From: Vicinamibacterales bacterium
GTDB taxonomy: Bacteria > Acidobacteriota > Vicinamibacteria > Vicinamibacterales > UBA2999
Reading direction: 5' to 3'
DNA: 64,000 nucleotides
NCBI GenBank assembly: GCA_964202965.1
Contig: CAXNKG010000010.1
Span: 6,190-70,189, forward strand
Shown here: positions 25,129 through 34,612 of the stretch, one piece after another
Layout of the letters: the number at the start of each line of letters is the position of its first letter
Numbering within the stretch: the first letter of the stretch is position 1
The notes under the pieces: model-generated
Told to the model about the DNA's origin: nothing
The model's database searches: none
Seen by the model: the letters and a program-made list of their open reading frames with translations, nothing else
Translations under genes and position numbers: made by a program

Positions 25129-26958
25129 TCACCTGAAACAGGGGAGGCCGTCGGGACCGAACCGGCGGACCGGCTCCAGCGTCGTGTTCACGAAGAGCTT
25201 GCCGTCGTATCCATCGACGGCGCGGAAGTTCTCCAGCAGGTACTGGTGAATCCGCGGATACCGCGTGAAATCGGCCAGCAGCGGGTCGCTCGTCGAGAAT
25301 GCGAATGGCACGCGCTGGCGGACCAGCAGGGCCAGCGATTCGGCCTCGCGCGGGGGATCCGAACGCCAGCCAAAATGCCACAGGACATGTCCGCCTGCGA
25401 ACGGCCGCTCCGTGTAGTAGTTCACGTCGAACGGCGTCGATCCCGTCACGATCAGGCGATCGCCTGGTGCGGTGCACTCGTAGAGATAGTGGAACGAGGG
25501 ATTCGCGGCGGCGGGCGGCGAGGCCATCAGGCGCGTGAACGCCTCCCTCGTCCGCTCTGACAGCCGTACCGGCTCGTACATCGGGGCTTCTCTCGTCCAG
25601 ACGGCAGCCCCATAACCGGTCAGGAGCAGGACGACGACGGCCGCCAGCCGCACCGGCACGACACCGCGTGCGAGGAAACGCCCGGCGACGGCCAGGGTCA
25701 GCGGCGCGACAACGACCAGATACGACGGCTGCCGGAAGAGCGACAGGTCGATCGCCACGAGCAGCACCCCCGCCAGCAGGAGCCCCCGGCCGTCACTGCG
25801 TTCGACCTCGCGCGCGGCATCATCCGCGCCGGCGGGCATCCGTGCGCGCCACAGCGTGAGTCCCCCGACACCCACGAACAGCAGCGGCACGGCGAGCATG
25901 ACCTGCGTCAGCCATCTGAGCGCGCTGTCGGGCGCCGGGAGGCCGAGGCGGATCTCCTCGAGCCGGTCCCATTCGAATCCCTTGCCGTCATTGATGTACG
26001 GATCGAGTTCGAACAGCCGGGTGTCGAACATGTCCGGGACTTCGTACTGCAGGCGGCCCTGCTCGTCCTTTTCCGGCAACGGACGCAGCGCATATCGGGC
26101 TTCCAGCTGCCGTTGCATGGTCTCGTCCACGCGGCCGGGATTCCAGATGAACGCGACCACGCCAGGTTTCGCTGCGGGAGGCTGCGCCCGGAGGTCCCGC
26201 CACGGGTTGACGCTCAGGAGCGTTCGATAGACGAATCCCGGCGGCGCTTCGTACATCTGCAGCCGCGCCTCGGTGTACGGGGCCAGTCCTTCAGTCGTAC
26301 TGACCGCCACCGCCCAGGGACTCAGGACGAGCGCCGCGGCCAGGACCGCAGCCGCCGTGTGACGGAGCGCGATGCCGGCCCACACGCGTGGCGGCACGGC
26401 GGCGCACACCAGCAGGCCAGCGGCGATCGCCGTCTCCGCGATGTACAGCCCGTAGTCATGCCTGAAGAGAAATCCGGCGGCCCCGGCGGCCCCGAGCGCC
26501 GCGGCGCGCCAGGCGCCCGGCCGGTCGGCGTAGCGCCATGCGCACCAGAAAGCCACGGGAAACACGATCAGCTTTGTGTAGTGATACGTCGGCGTCGTGG
26601 AGAGCAGGACGAGCGTCACGACAAGCGTGGCGAATGACGCCACGATCGATCGCGACAGCCGCAGGCCGAGATGGAACGACAGGACGACGCCCGCCGTGAT
26701 GAAGATCCAGTGGACGAGGAATTCCCCGATCAGCCGGTAGCCCGCGAGCCGCTGCGCCGCCATCGACAGATACGCGCCGGCCGGTGTTCCCCACTCGAAG
26801 AACTCGCGGTACGGGTGATCGCCGGCCAGGAGCGCCATCCCTTCCGACAGCAAGTACAGGTTGGAGTCGTACAACTGCCCGCGCGCGTTCACGACCAGCA
26901 CGATCGCCGTCGCCACGCCGACCACCAGCCCGTGAAGGAGACGCGCTTCCCGCCGCAT
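25129..26958 (-). CDS. polytopic membrane protein, novel paralog family, subfamily A (A1)
   Basis: 609 aa. QLYDSNLYLLSEGMALLAGDHPYREFFEWGTP, FLFRHDYGLYI, about 11-12 hydrophobic segments. C-terminal domain YECTAPGDRLIVTGSTPF...FAGGHVLWHFGWRSD...VPFAFSTSDP...GLPCFR-stop. Confidence 0.8.
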   Translation of the reverse strand: MRREARLLHGLVVGVATAIVLVVNARGQLYDSNLYLLSEGMALLAGDHPYREFFEWGTPAGAYLSMAAQRLAGYRLIGEFLVHWIFITAGVVLSFHLGLRLSRSIVASFATLVVTLVLLSTTPTYHYTKLIVFPVAFWCAWRYADRPGAWRAAALGAAGAAGFLFRHDYGLYIAETAIAAGLLVCAAVPPRVWAGIALRHTAAAVLAAALVLSPWAVAVSTTEGLAPYTEARLQMYEAPPGFVYRTLLSVNPWRDLRAQPPAAKPGVVAFIWNPGRVDETMQRQLEARYALRPLPEKDEQGRLQYEVPDMFDTRLFELDPYINDGKGFEWDRLEEIRLGLPAPDSALRWLTQVMLAVPLLFVGVGGLTLWRARMPAGADDAAREVERSDGRGLLLAGVLLVAIDLSLFRQPSYLVVVAPLTLAVAGRFLARGVVPVRLAAVVVLLLTGYGAAVWTREAPMYEPVRLSERTREAFTRLMASPPAAANPSFHYLYECTAPGDRLIVTGSTPFDVNYYTERPFAGGHVLWHFGWRSDPPREAESLALLVRQRVPFAFSTSDPLLADFTRYPRIHQYLLENFRAVDGYDGKLFVNTTLEPVRRFGPDGLPCFR

Positions 26959-27046
26959 AGGGTCGCAGTTTATCGTGTATACCGGCTACGATGAGGGCAT
27001 CCATGGGCACGCCATGCGGCCGCCCCCGTGAGCGCCGCCAGCATCG

Positions 27047-29299
27047 ATGAAATTCCTCTTCGTCGCCAAGCAGCAGAAGAACGCCGAGGCCTTCCTCGCC
27101 ACACTGAAGGCGATCATCGAGCGCGGTCATGACGTGACCATCGCCGTGCAGGAGTGGGACGACCAGCGGGATCGGCGCTTCGAGGAGGCGATCAATTCGC
27201 CTCGCCTCAAGGTCCTGCCCTGCCCGTCATCGCGCATGGACGAGTGGAGCGACGTGGCGCCGGTGGTGCGACGGCTGCGCGACTCCGTCCACATTCTCCA
27301 GCCCGCGTTCACGGAATCGGCCGTCCTGCGACTGCGGATTCTCGACAAGCTCCGGCAGGAGCTGGCGCTCGACACGACACCCGCAACGCTCGAAAGCGAA
27401 CTCTCGACCATCGCCCCGTCTCAATTGCAGCGCATCGAATCCGTGCTGCGGCTCGCCGAGCGGGCCATTCCCACCTCGGAGCTGTTCGACGAGTTCCTGC
27501 AGTCGGAAGCTCCGGATGTCCTGTTGATCTCGCCACTGGTCCATTTCGGCTCGGCCCAGGCCGACGTGGCGGCGAGCGGACGGCGGCTCGGTATCCCCGT
27601 GTGGATGCTGATGTTCAGCTGGGACAATCTCAGCACGAAGGGCTGCATGCACGTCCCGCCCGACCTGATGTTCGTCTGGAACGAACGTCAGCGGCGGGAG
27701 GCCGAGCAGCTGCATCGGTTTCCGGGCTCGCGCGTGGTGGTGACCGGCGCGGCGCGTTTCGACGAATTCTTCGGTCTGCGGCCACGCATGACGCACGGGC
27801 AGTTTTATGAAGGCCTCGGACTCGATCCCGCGACACCGACCCTTCTCTACCTCTGTTCGTCCCGTCTCATCGTTCCGCGGGAGCTTCCCTTCATCCGGCG
27901 ATGGCTGGGGGGCCTGCGCGGCGCCTCGGCGGGCGTGCTGCGCGGCTGCAATGTGATCGTCCGGCCGCACCCCGATTTACCCCTGCTGGACGACGAACTC
28001 CGTTTCGAGCGCTGCCGGTGGCCGGCGGAATCGCAGCTGGACGGGAAGGTGGCCAGGCCGTTCGAGGATGCACGGGCCCTCGTGTTGCGGACCTCGTACA
28101 AGGAACCGTTCGGGCTCTACGAATCGCTCGCGCACAGCACGGCCGTCGTCGGGCTGAATACGACAGCCGAGCTCGAGGCGGGCATCGTGGGCCTCCCCGT
28201 CTTTACGATCCACCCCGACGCCATCGGTGACGACGGGCCGCGGCCGACCGTCCATTTCCATTACCTGACGCGCGAGCACGGAGGCTTTGTGTCCTCGGCT
28301 TCGAGCCTCGAGGAGCACCTGTCGCAGCTGGGCGCGGCGCTTGCCGTCCCGTCTGATCCGGCGCCGATCAGGTCGTTCATCGAGTCGTTCCTGCGTCCGC
28401 TCGGGATCGATCGTCCGGTGTCGCCGCTGCTGGCCGAGGAACTGCTTCGACGGGCCGCGGGCGCGGACCGGGCGCCGCTCCCCGATCGGCCGATGGCCGC
28501 GGCGGAGACCGACCACCGATCACCGGATGAGTCGGTCATCCCCCTCGGGTACGAAGGAGGCCGCATCGTCGTGCGCGCCACACCCGAGATCATGCGCTTC
28601 GTGCAGAACCAGGCCGTGCGTCTCGAGCAGTCCGCGGTCAAGTGGCTCGAACGGTGGGTCAGGGTTGGCGACGTGGTGTACGACGTCGACGCGGGGTTTG
28701 GTCCATACACGCTCATCGCCGCACGCCAGCGCGGCGCCGTCGTGGTGGCGTTCGAGCCAGGCTACGGCGCGTACGCGGCGCTCTGTGAAAACGTGCGCCT
28801 CAACGCCTGCCAGGGGGTGGTCATCCCGGTCCCGTTCGCCATCGCGAGCAGCGACTCACTGGCCACAATCAAGTACGAGCACGAACACCCCGGTGGGCCG
28901 CGCCACGCGGTGCTCAAGACGCGGTGGCGCGCCAGGCCGGCCGATGCCGTGCAGCCGCACGTCCATTCGGTGTGCATGACACGCCTGGATACCGCGGTCG
29001 AACTGTACGGGCTGCCAGCCGCCAATCACATCCGAATCTCTCGAGGCCTCCCGCCCCTCGAGGTTCTCGAGGGAGCGCCCCACACGCTGGCACATCCGGC
29101 GTGCCGCAGTGTCTGGCTGCACGCAGATCCGGCGGACGAAGCCGCTCTGGTGGCGCGATTCCGCGAGGCGGGCTTCGATCCCGTCATCCGTCGCGACCGC
29201 CGGACGTCAATTCAGATGGTGTTCGTCCGGGGAGACAGGTCGAACGTCGTCGACAGAGCGCGTCATGCCACACGGGCGCGCAACGTGGCCGCGTCCTGA
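27047..29299 (+). CDS. fusion protein: GT-B-like domain (TagF-like?) + FkbM methyltransferase domain
   Basis: 750 aa. N-terminal MKFLFVAKQQKNAEAFLATLKAIIERGHDVTIAV, SRVVVTGAARFDEFF and VIVRPHPDLP suggest a GT-B/TagF-like transferase (weak). The C-terminal VVYDVDAGFGPYTLIAARQRGAVVVAFEPGYGAYAALCENVRLNA is FkbM-like. Confidence 0.75.
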   Translation: MKFLFVAKQQKNAEAFLATLKAIIERGHDVTIAVQEWDDQRDRRFEEAINSPRLKVLPCPSSRMDEWSDVAPVVRRLRDSVHILQPAFTESAVLRLRILDKLRQELALDTTPATLESELSTIAPSQLQRIESVLRLAERAIPTSELFDEFLQSEAPDVLLISPLVHFGSAQADVAASGRRLGIPVWMLMFSWDNLSTKGCMHVPPDLMFVWNERQRREAEQLHRFPGSRVVVTGAARFDEFFGLRPRMTHGQFYEGLGLDPATPTLLYLCSSRLIVPRELPFIRRWLGGLRGASAGVLRGCNVIVRPHPDLPLLDDELRFERCRWPAESQLDGKVARPFEDARALVLRTSYKEPFGLYESLAHSTAVVGLNTTAELEAGIVGLPVFTIHPDAIGDDGPRPTVHFHYLTREHGGFVSSASSLEEHLSQLGAALAVPSDPAPIRSFIESFLRPLGIDRPVSPLLAEELLRRAAGADRAPLPDRPMAAAETDHRSPDESVIPLGYEGGRIVVRATPEIMRFVQNQAVRLEQSAVKWLERWVRVGDVVYDVDAGFGPYTLIAARQRGAVVVAFEPGYGAYAALCENVRLNACQGVVIPVPFAIASSDSLATIKYEHEHPGGPRHAVLKTRWRARPADAVQPHVHSVCMTRLDTAVELYGLPAANHIRISRGLPPLEVLEGAPHTLAHPACRSVWLHADPADEAALVARFREAGFDPVIRRDRRTSIQMVFVRGDRSNVVDRARHATRARNVAAS

Positions 29300-29320
29300 A
29301 CGGCGGTCAGGAGTACCCGA

Positions 29321-30505
29321 GTGGTAGAGCTCAGCATCGTCATCCCCATTTACAACGAAGAAGACGGCGTCCTGCCGGTGCTCGACGAGCTCGACGCGTT
29401 TCGACGGCAGTTCGCCGATCGCTACAAGGCCGAACGGCGAGAGGTGGAAATCATTCTGGTCGACGACGGGTCCACCGATCAGACGCCCGCCCTGCTGCAT
29501 GGAAGCCCGTACCCGAAACGGATCATCACTCAGGCCAATCAGGGGTACGGCGCCGCGTTGAAGAAAGGGTTTTCCGTCGCACAGGGGCGCTGGGTCGGAT
29601 TTCTCGACGCCGATGGGACGTACCCGGTGGACGCGTTCTTTTCGATGTATGAGGATGCGGCGTCACACGGCATCGATCTCGTGATCGGGTCCCGCCTCGA
29701 TCAACCCTCCGGCATGCCGGGCGTGAGGAACCTGTGGAACCGCTCGTTTGCAGCGCTCCTGGGCGTCACATCCGGCTCCACGGTGACGGACATCGCGAGC
29801 GGCATGCGACTGCTCAGGCGCGAGCGCGTGCCCGACGTGGCGATGCTGCCGGACGGCCTGGATTTCACGCCCGCGATGACGACATGGGCGTTGCACGATG
29901 CGTGGACGATCACGGAAGTGCCGATTGCCTATCGCGAGCGGATAGGCGACTCGAAGCTCAACGTCGTCCGCGACGGGCTCCGGTTCACGTATGACATCGT
30001 GTCGATTTCAAGTCTGTACAATCCGCTGAAGCTCTTTGGCGTGGCCGGCGTCGCGCTGCTGCTGGCCGGCCTGGCGCTGACGATGGGTCCGCTCCTGCAC
30101 TATGCGCAGGCCCGGGAGGTGCCGGAGGCGTCGATCTATCGATTGTTGACGGCGCTGGTGTTGTGGGTCGTCGGGCTGCAGAGCGTGGTCTGCGGGATCG
30201 TGGGCACGTCGTTCGCCAGGCTCCTGCACAGGAAGCCTCTTCGGGCGACGGGAATCGAACGCGCGCTCCTGAGCCCCGGGGTCACGGGCCGGCTGCATTG
30301 GGGCGCGGTGCTGCTCATCGGGTGCGCGTTCGCTCTGAACGCGCAGGGGGTGAGCGAGTACGTGACGAACGGCACCGTGTCCGAGCACTGGTCGCGGCTG
30401 CTGGCCGGCGTCGTGCTCGTGCTGACGGCGTTCCATCTGGTGCTCTATCAGATCCTGGTGGCCTACCTCGGCGCGCTGGAACGCCGGTTCGTCAATCGCG
30501 CATGA
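29321..30505 (+). CDS. GT2 polyprenyl-phosphate glycosyltransferase-like enzyme (GtrB/ArnC-like) with four C-terminal hydrophobic segments
   Basis: LSIVIPIYNEEDGVLPVLDEL, ILVDDGSTDQT, FLDADGTYP, then four hydrophobic helices. GTG 29321 is preceded by AGGAG (29309-29313) 7 nt upstream. Confidence 0.85.
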   Translation: MVELSIVIPIYNEEDGVLPVLDELDAFRRQFADRYKAERREVEIILVDDGSTDQTPALLHGSPYPKRIITQANQGYGAALKKGFSVAQGRWVGFLDADGTYPVDAFFSMYEDAASHGIDLVIGSRLDQPSGMPGVRNLWNRSFAALLGVTSGSTVTDIASGMRLLRRERVPDVAMLPDGLDFTPAMTTWALHDAWTITEVPIAYRERIGDSKLNVVRDGLRFTYDIVSISSLYNPLKLFGVAGVALLLAGLALTMGPLLHYAQAREVPEASIYRLLTALVLWVVGLQSVVCGIVGTSFARLLHRKPLRATGIERALLSPGVTGRLHWGAVLLIGCAFALNAQGVSEYVTNGTVSEHWSRLLAGVVLVLTAFHLVLYQILVAYLGALERRFVNRA

Positions 30506-31191
30506 CCCGCACGACGGTCCCGCCGGAGGCCATCGACTATTTCAATCGTCATCATCCCCTTCAAGCCCTGAAGGCGCGGGCGGCGCTTCGGGCACGCCGC
30601 GCCATGTACGCCCGCGTGCTCGAACTGGCTCGTCCGGAGGCCGGCACTCGCATTCTCGACGTCGGCACGACCCCCGACCTCGATCTGCCGTACAACAATT
30701 TTTTCGAGCGATGGTATCCCGACCCTCAGAGCGTCACGGTGTGCAGCATCGAAGATTGTTCGTCCTTCGAGCAGGTGTTTCCCGGGGTGACGTTCCGGCG
30801 GATCACCAGCGACAGCCTGCCCTTCGCGAACCGCGAGTTCGACCTCGCGCTCTCCTTTGCCGTACTCGAACACGTGGGCGACGAGGCGCAACAGCGCCAC
30901 TTCGTTCGCGAAATGGCGCGGGTGGCAGACCGCTTCATTCTCTACACGCCGTACCGCTATTTCCCCGTGGAAATGCACACGTTCATTCCGCTGTCGCACT
31001 GGTTGCCAGCCCGCTGGTATCGGGCGGCATGGGCCCGGATGGGGCTGGCGTTCTGGGCTGACGAACGGAATCTGAATCTGCTGTCGCGCAGGGACATTCG
31101 AGGTCTGCTTCCGCAGAGCGGGCGCAGCGCGGTCCGCCTCAGGTGGGCATTCGGCTGTCCGGCGCATCTTGAGATCTCGTGGACTCGGTAA
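30502..31191 (+). CDS. class I methyltransferase-like protein
   Basis: Start is ATG 30502, overlapping the upstream TGA as ATGA. RILDVGTTPDL is an atypical motif I. FDLALSFAVLEHVGDEAQQRHFVREMARVADRFILYTP is typical post-motif II/III. The track ORF from 30163 overlaps the GT2 gene. Confidence 0.7.
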   Translation: MTRTTVPPEAIDYFNRHHPLQALKARAALRARRAMYARVLELARPEAGTRILDVGTTPDLDLPYNNFFERWYPDPQSVTVCSIEDCSSFEQVFPGVTFRRITSDSLPFANREFDLALSFAVLEHVGDEAQQRHFVREMARVADRFILYTPYRYFPVEMHTFIPLSHWLPARWYRAAWARMGLAFWADERNLNLLSRRDIRGLLPQSGRSAVRLRWAFGCPAHLEISWTR

Positions 31192-31218
31192 GATGAGGCA
31201 GCAGGCTGCGGACCGCGC

Positions 31219-32244
31219 ATGACCATGAGCGATATCAACTGGAAAGAGCGGGCGCTCGGCCTTCAGGAACGTCTCGACCGCCTGCGTCTCGGCGTCTTCG
31301 ACAAGGACCTGCTCCGCAGGAGCGTGCCGCTGCGCGCGCAGGCCGCGGCCCGGCGCGCCGCCGCGCCTGACGCGCGAGAACGCGAGCGCCGCTTCGGGGA
31401 ATTGTCGCCGGCGTATCTCGAAGCGTCGCGGGACCAGGCGGCCCTCATGGGAAACATGCGGCAGACCACGATCCAGGGCCTTCCGTGGTGGGTGCCCTTG
31501 CCGCGGGAGGACGACGCGGTGTATGCCGAGCACGCGCTCCGGCAGCAGGATTTCCCGTATCGCGCGATCGCGCAGACGCGGGAGCTCGCGATCGGCGGCG
31601 TCATGCTCGACGTGGGCGCAAACATCGGCCGGATGTCCATTCCCCGCGTCATCCTCGGCGACGCGGTCGTGGCCTATTGTGCGGAGCCCGATCCGGTCAA
31701 TTACGCGTGCCTGGTGCGCAACATCCGCGACAACGGTCTGGGGGGACTGGTACTTCCCGACCGTGTGGCCGTGGGTAGCGCGACCGGGACCGCGCAGCTC
31801 CAGCGGCGGAGGTTCGCGGGCGGGCATCGCGTCATCGAGGCAGCGCCTCCTGAAGAGGCCGGCACGACGGCCGTGCCGGTCGTGTCACTCGACGACTGGA
31901 TCGCGAGGCTCGGCGTGCATCCCGACCAGATTTCGCTCGTGAAAGTCGACGTGCAGGGTGCAGAGCTGCGCGTGCTGCGAGGCGCCCCGCATCTCCTGGC
32001 ACGCCGGCACATCCCCTGGCAGGTCGAGATCGATCCACGGCTTCTGGAGATCGGCGGGTCGAGCGTCGGCGACCTGATTGACCTGCTTCGGTCGAACTTC
32101 ACCGATTTCGTCCATCTCGATCGGCATACGACCGGCCAGCGTGTGCGCCCGATGGCCGACCTGGCTGACTTGTTCGCCCGGCCGGACCCTTCCGGCGAGA
32201 ACCACACCGATATCCTCGCCTGCAACCTGGCGCCGGCCGGCTAG
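31219..32244 (+). CDS. FkbM family methyltransferase
   Basis: 341 aa. VMLDVGANIGRMSIPRVILGDAVVAYCAEPDPVNYACLVRNIRDNG and VKVDVQGAELRVLRGA. Confidence 0.8.
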   Translation: MTMSDINWKERALGLQERLDRLRLGVFDKDLLRRSVPLRAQAAARRAAAPDARERERRFGELSPAYLEASRDQAALMGNMRQTTIQGLPWWVPLPREDDAVYAEHALRQQDFPYRAIAQTRELAIGGVMLDVGANIGRMSIPRVILGDAVVAYCAEPDPVNYACLVRNIRDNGLGGLVLPDRVAVGSATGTAQLQRRRFAGGHRVIEAAPPEEAGTTAVPVVSLDDWIARLGVHPDQISLVKVDVQGAELRVLRGAPHLLARRHIPWQVEIDPRLLEIGGSSVGDLIDLLRSNFTDFVHLDRHTTGQRVRPMADLADLFARPDPSGENHTDILACNLAPAG

Positions 32245-33839
32245 CGAAAGCAGGGCCACCGGCTCTCGGCATCGACGCCGTGCGGGACGCGGCGCCGGTC
32301 GACAAGGATAGGCAGGCTGATGCCATCGCCGGCGGCCTCGGTGAAGGTCTGGTACTCCTCCTGGACGTACTGGGCGATGGCGGGAAACCGCTGCCGAAGC
32401 CCCTCGTCGTCGAGCACGATCACGAACAACGCCGGCCGCGTGCGCAGCCGTTCGAGCGTACGGAGCTGGTTGGCCGCCGATGAGTACCACTGGCCGAAGG
32501 TGACGCCGTCGCCCGCGAACGGCCGTCCCGCCAGGACGACGATGTCCGGCGACGCCCCGGTCACGATCAGCCGTTCCGTGACGTCCGTGCAGCGGTCGAG
32601 ATACGCGAAGAACGGCATCAGGACGGCCGCAAACCGGCTGGGCGGCGCTTCGTCCTGGCGATGAGGCCGGCTCAGCAGACTCGACACCTGGAGGTACCTG
32701 TCGTAGACCCCGGCGGGACCCGAGCCGATGTTCGAGCGCTCGAAACGCTCCGGCACCTCCCCCACCTGACTTATCGCGACCGCCGAGGCCGCCACCAGCG
32801 CCACGGCGGCCAGCTGCGCGAGCCGCTGGAGGAGTCGCTCGCCAGGCCGCGTGCGGGTCCAGGCCAGCCCCAGGAGCCAGGCGCCGAGAATGGCGGCAGG
32901 GACCGACACGTCCGCCAGACGTGTCCGAAGCACGTCGCGCAGGAATCCGGCATTGAGACCCGCCGCCAGCACGACGAATGCCACGACGGCCGCCACCTCG
33001 CCGGGCCAGCGCTCGTCGCCGCGGCGCCATCGGCGCGCGACGAGTGCCGCGGAGGCGAGCGGCAGGCTCCAGAACAGCCAGAAGAGCCACGCGTCGGCAT
33101 CCGCGTCCATCCCGAACCAGGGCCATGTGTCGAGCATGGAGGCATTCGCCTCGGAGCGCGCGTACTCGACGGCCGTCTCGAAGTAGGGGATGACGCCGCC
33201 GCTCAGCGCGAGATACGCGAGCCACGGCAGCACGGCGGCCAGCGCCACGCCCGCAACGATTGCACACCGCTGGACTGCCGGTCTGACGCCCTCGCCCCGG
33301 CTCGCCAGGACCAGGTACACGACTGACGCACCCGCAATCCAGACGCCGTGATCGTGGCGGAGGAGAAAAGCCCCCGCCACCAGCAGGCCCAGGGTCACGA
33401 GCCGGCGCGTCGACGGCGTACCGCCGGCGGTAATAACAGCCGCGAACGCGGCGTACGCGAGGATCTTCGGATACGCATAGGTGCGCGGATAGATCAGCAC
33501 CTCGAACAGCGCAACCGTCACCGCGATGACGATCGACCCGGACAGCCGGTGCGCGGCGATCACCGTGAACGCGGCGCCGAGCGCGAAGGCGGTGGCGGTG
33601 ATCGTCCACTCCACCGCCATGGCGCCGCCCGCCACCTGCCAGGCGGCGGCCGACAGCAGATACGTGAGCGGCCAGCCCGGGTCCAGGAAGTCACGCACCG
33701 GGCGATCGCCAAGGAGCATCTGCTGCGCCAGCGCCAGGTGCGCGTAATGATCGTTGTTGAACCCGCTGAACGTCAGCAGGCGCCAGAGGAGCGTCGCGGC
33801 GAAGATCGCGATCGCCGCGATCACAGGTCGTGTGGGCAT
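32241..33839 (-). CDS. polytopic membrane protein, novel paralog family, subfamily B (B1)
   Basis: RLLTFSGFNNDHYAHLALAQQMLLGDRPVRDFLDPGWPL, FLLRHDHGVWI. C-terminal domain LDRCTDVTERLIVTGASPD...FAGDGVTF...SRWPCFR-stop. Start taken as ATG 33839; GTG 33872 or 33842 are also possible. Confidence 0.75.
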   Translation of the reverse strand: MPTRPVIAAIAIFAATLLWRLLTFSGFNNDHYAHLALAQQMLLGDRPVRDFLDPGWPLTYLLSAAAWQVAGGAMAVEWTITATAFALGAAFTVIAAHRLSGSIVIAVTVALFEVLIYPRTYAYPKILAYAAFAAVITAGGTPSTRRLVTLGLLVAGAFLLRHDHGVWIAGASVVYLVLASRGEGVRPAVQRCAIVAGVALAAVLPWLAYLALSGGVIPYFETAVEYARSEANASMLDTWPWFGMDADADAWLFWLFWSLPLASAALVARRWRRGDERWPGEVAAVVAFVVLAAGLNAGFLRDVLRTRLADVSVPAAILGAWLLGLAWTRTRPGERLLQRLAQLAAVALVAASAVAISQVGEVPERFERSNIGSGPAGVYDRYLQVSSLLSRPHRQDEAPPSRFAAVLMPFFAYLDRCTDVTERLIVTGASPDIVVLAGRPFAGDGVTFGQWYSSAANQLRTLERLRTRPALFVIVLDDEGLRQRFPAIAQYVQEEYQTFTEAAGDGISLPILVDRRRVPHGVDAESRWPCFR

Positions 33840-33843
33840 CACC

Positions 33844-33856
33844 GGGGTCTGACCCC
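33844..33856. promoter_or_regulatory. palindrome GGGGTC-T-GACCCC in the 35 nt divergent spacer, followed by CATAAT/TAATAG
   Basis: Read directly. The -10-like CATAAT (33857-33862) lies 12 nt upstream of ATG 33875. Candidate operator/promoter for the GT2-SDR-A2 unit. Confidence 0.3.
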
Positions 33857-33874
33857 CATAATAGCGACACACGC

Positions 33875-34612
33875 ATGAAGACGCAGGATCGGGGCGACGA
33901 GGCGGTCGAATTCTCGCTCGCCGTCCTCTGCTACCGAGCCGAAGGCGACATCGTCCCGTTCGTCACGAGGCTCCACCGGATCATGTCGATGTTCGCGGAG
34001 CCGTGGGAGCTCGTCCTCGTCGCCAACTACTGGCCAGGCACGGAGGATCGCACCCCGGCGATCGTGAAGGAGCTGGCGGAACGGCTGGATCGCGTGCACT
34101 GTGTCGCCGAGCCGAAGCAGGGGGACATGGGATGGGACATGAAGATGGGCCTCGACGCCTGCCGCGGACGGTATATTGGCATCATCGACGGCGACGGGCA
34201 GTATCCGATGGAGTCCATCGCCGCCTGCTTCGCGAAGATCAAGGCGGATGACATCGATCTCGTCAAGACCTACCGCGTCTATCGGTCCGACGGCCTGTAC
34301 AGGAACCTCATCTCAAAGGCGTACAACGTGGCCTTTGCACTGCTGTTCCCTGCCTATCGAGGGCTTCGAGACGTCAACTCCAAACCGAAGATGCTGAAGC
34401 GCGACGCGTACCAGCGGATGGAACTGCACTCGAAGGACTGGTTTCTCGACGCGGAGCTCATCCTCGAGGCACTGCGGCTGCACCTCCGAATCTACGAGCT
34501 GCCGATACGCTTCAGCGGCCTCCGGGGCCGGAAGTCGTTTGTCCAGTTTCAGACGATCTCCGAGTTCGTCCGGAATCTGATCGCCTACCGCTGGAGCGGG
34601 CGTGGGCGATAG
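33875..34612 (+). CDS. GT2 glycosyltransferase (DPM1-like, no TM segment)
   Basis: Start is ATG 33875 (MKTQDRGDEAVEFSLAVLCYRAEGDI). LVLVANYWPGTEDRTP, IIDGDGQYPMES, LRDVNSKPKMLKR. Confidence 0.8.
   Translation: MKTQDRGDEAVEFSLAVLCYRAEGDIVPFVTRLHRIMSMFAEPWELVLVANYWPGTEDRTPAIVKELAERLDRVHCVAEPKQGDMGWDMKMGLDACRGRYIGIIDGDGQYPMESIAACFAKIKADDIDLVKTYRVYRSDGLYRNLISKAYNVAFALLFPAYRGLRDVNSKPKMLKRDAYQRMELHSKDWFLDAELILEALRLHLRIYELPIRFSGLRGRKSFVQFQTISEFVRNLIAYRWSGRGR

Noticed and set aside
26959-27046. Promoter or operator call in the A1/27047 divergent spacer (GTATAC palindrome, GATAAA 7 nt before ATG 26958)
   Set aside because: The hexamers match the consensus poorly (4 of 6 and lacking the terminal T), and the palindrome is only 6 bp. 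I left it unannotated.
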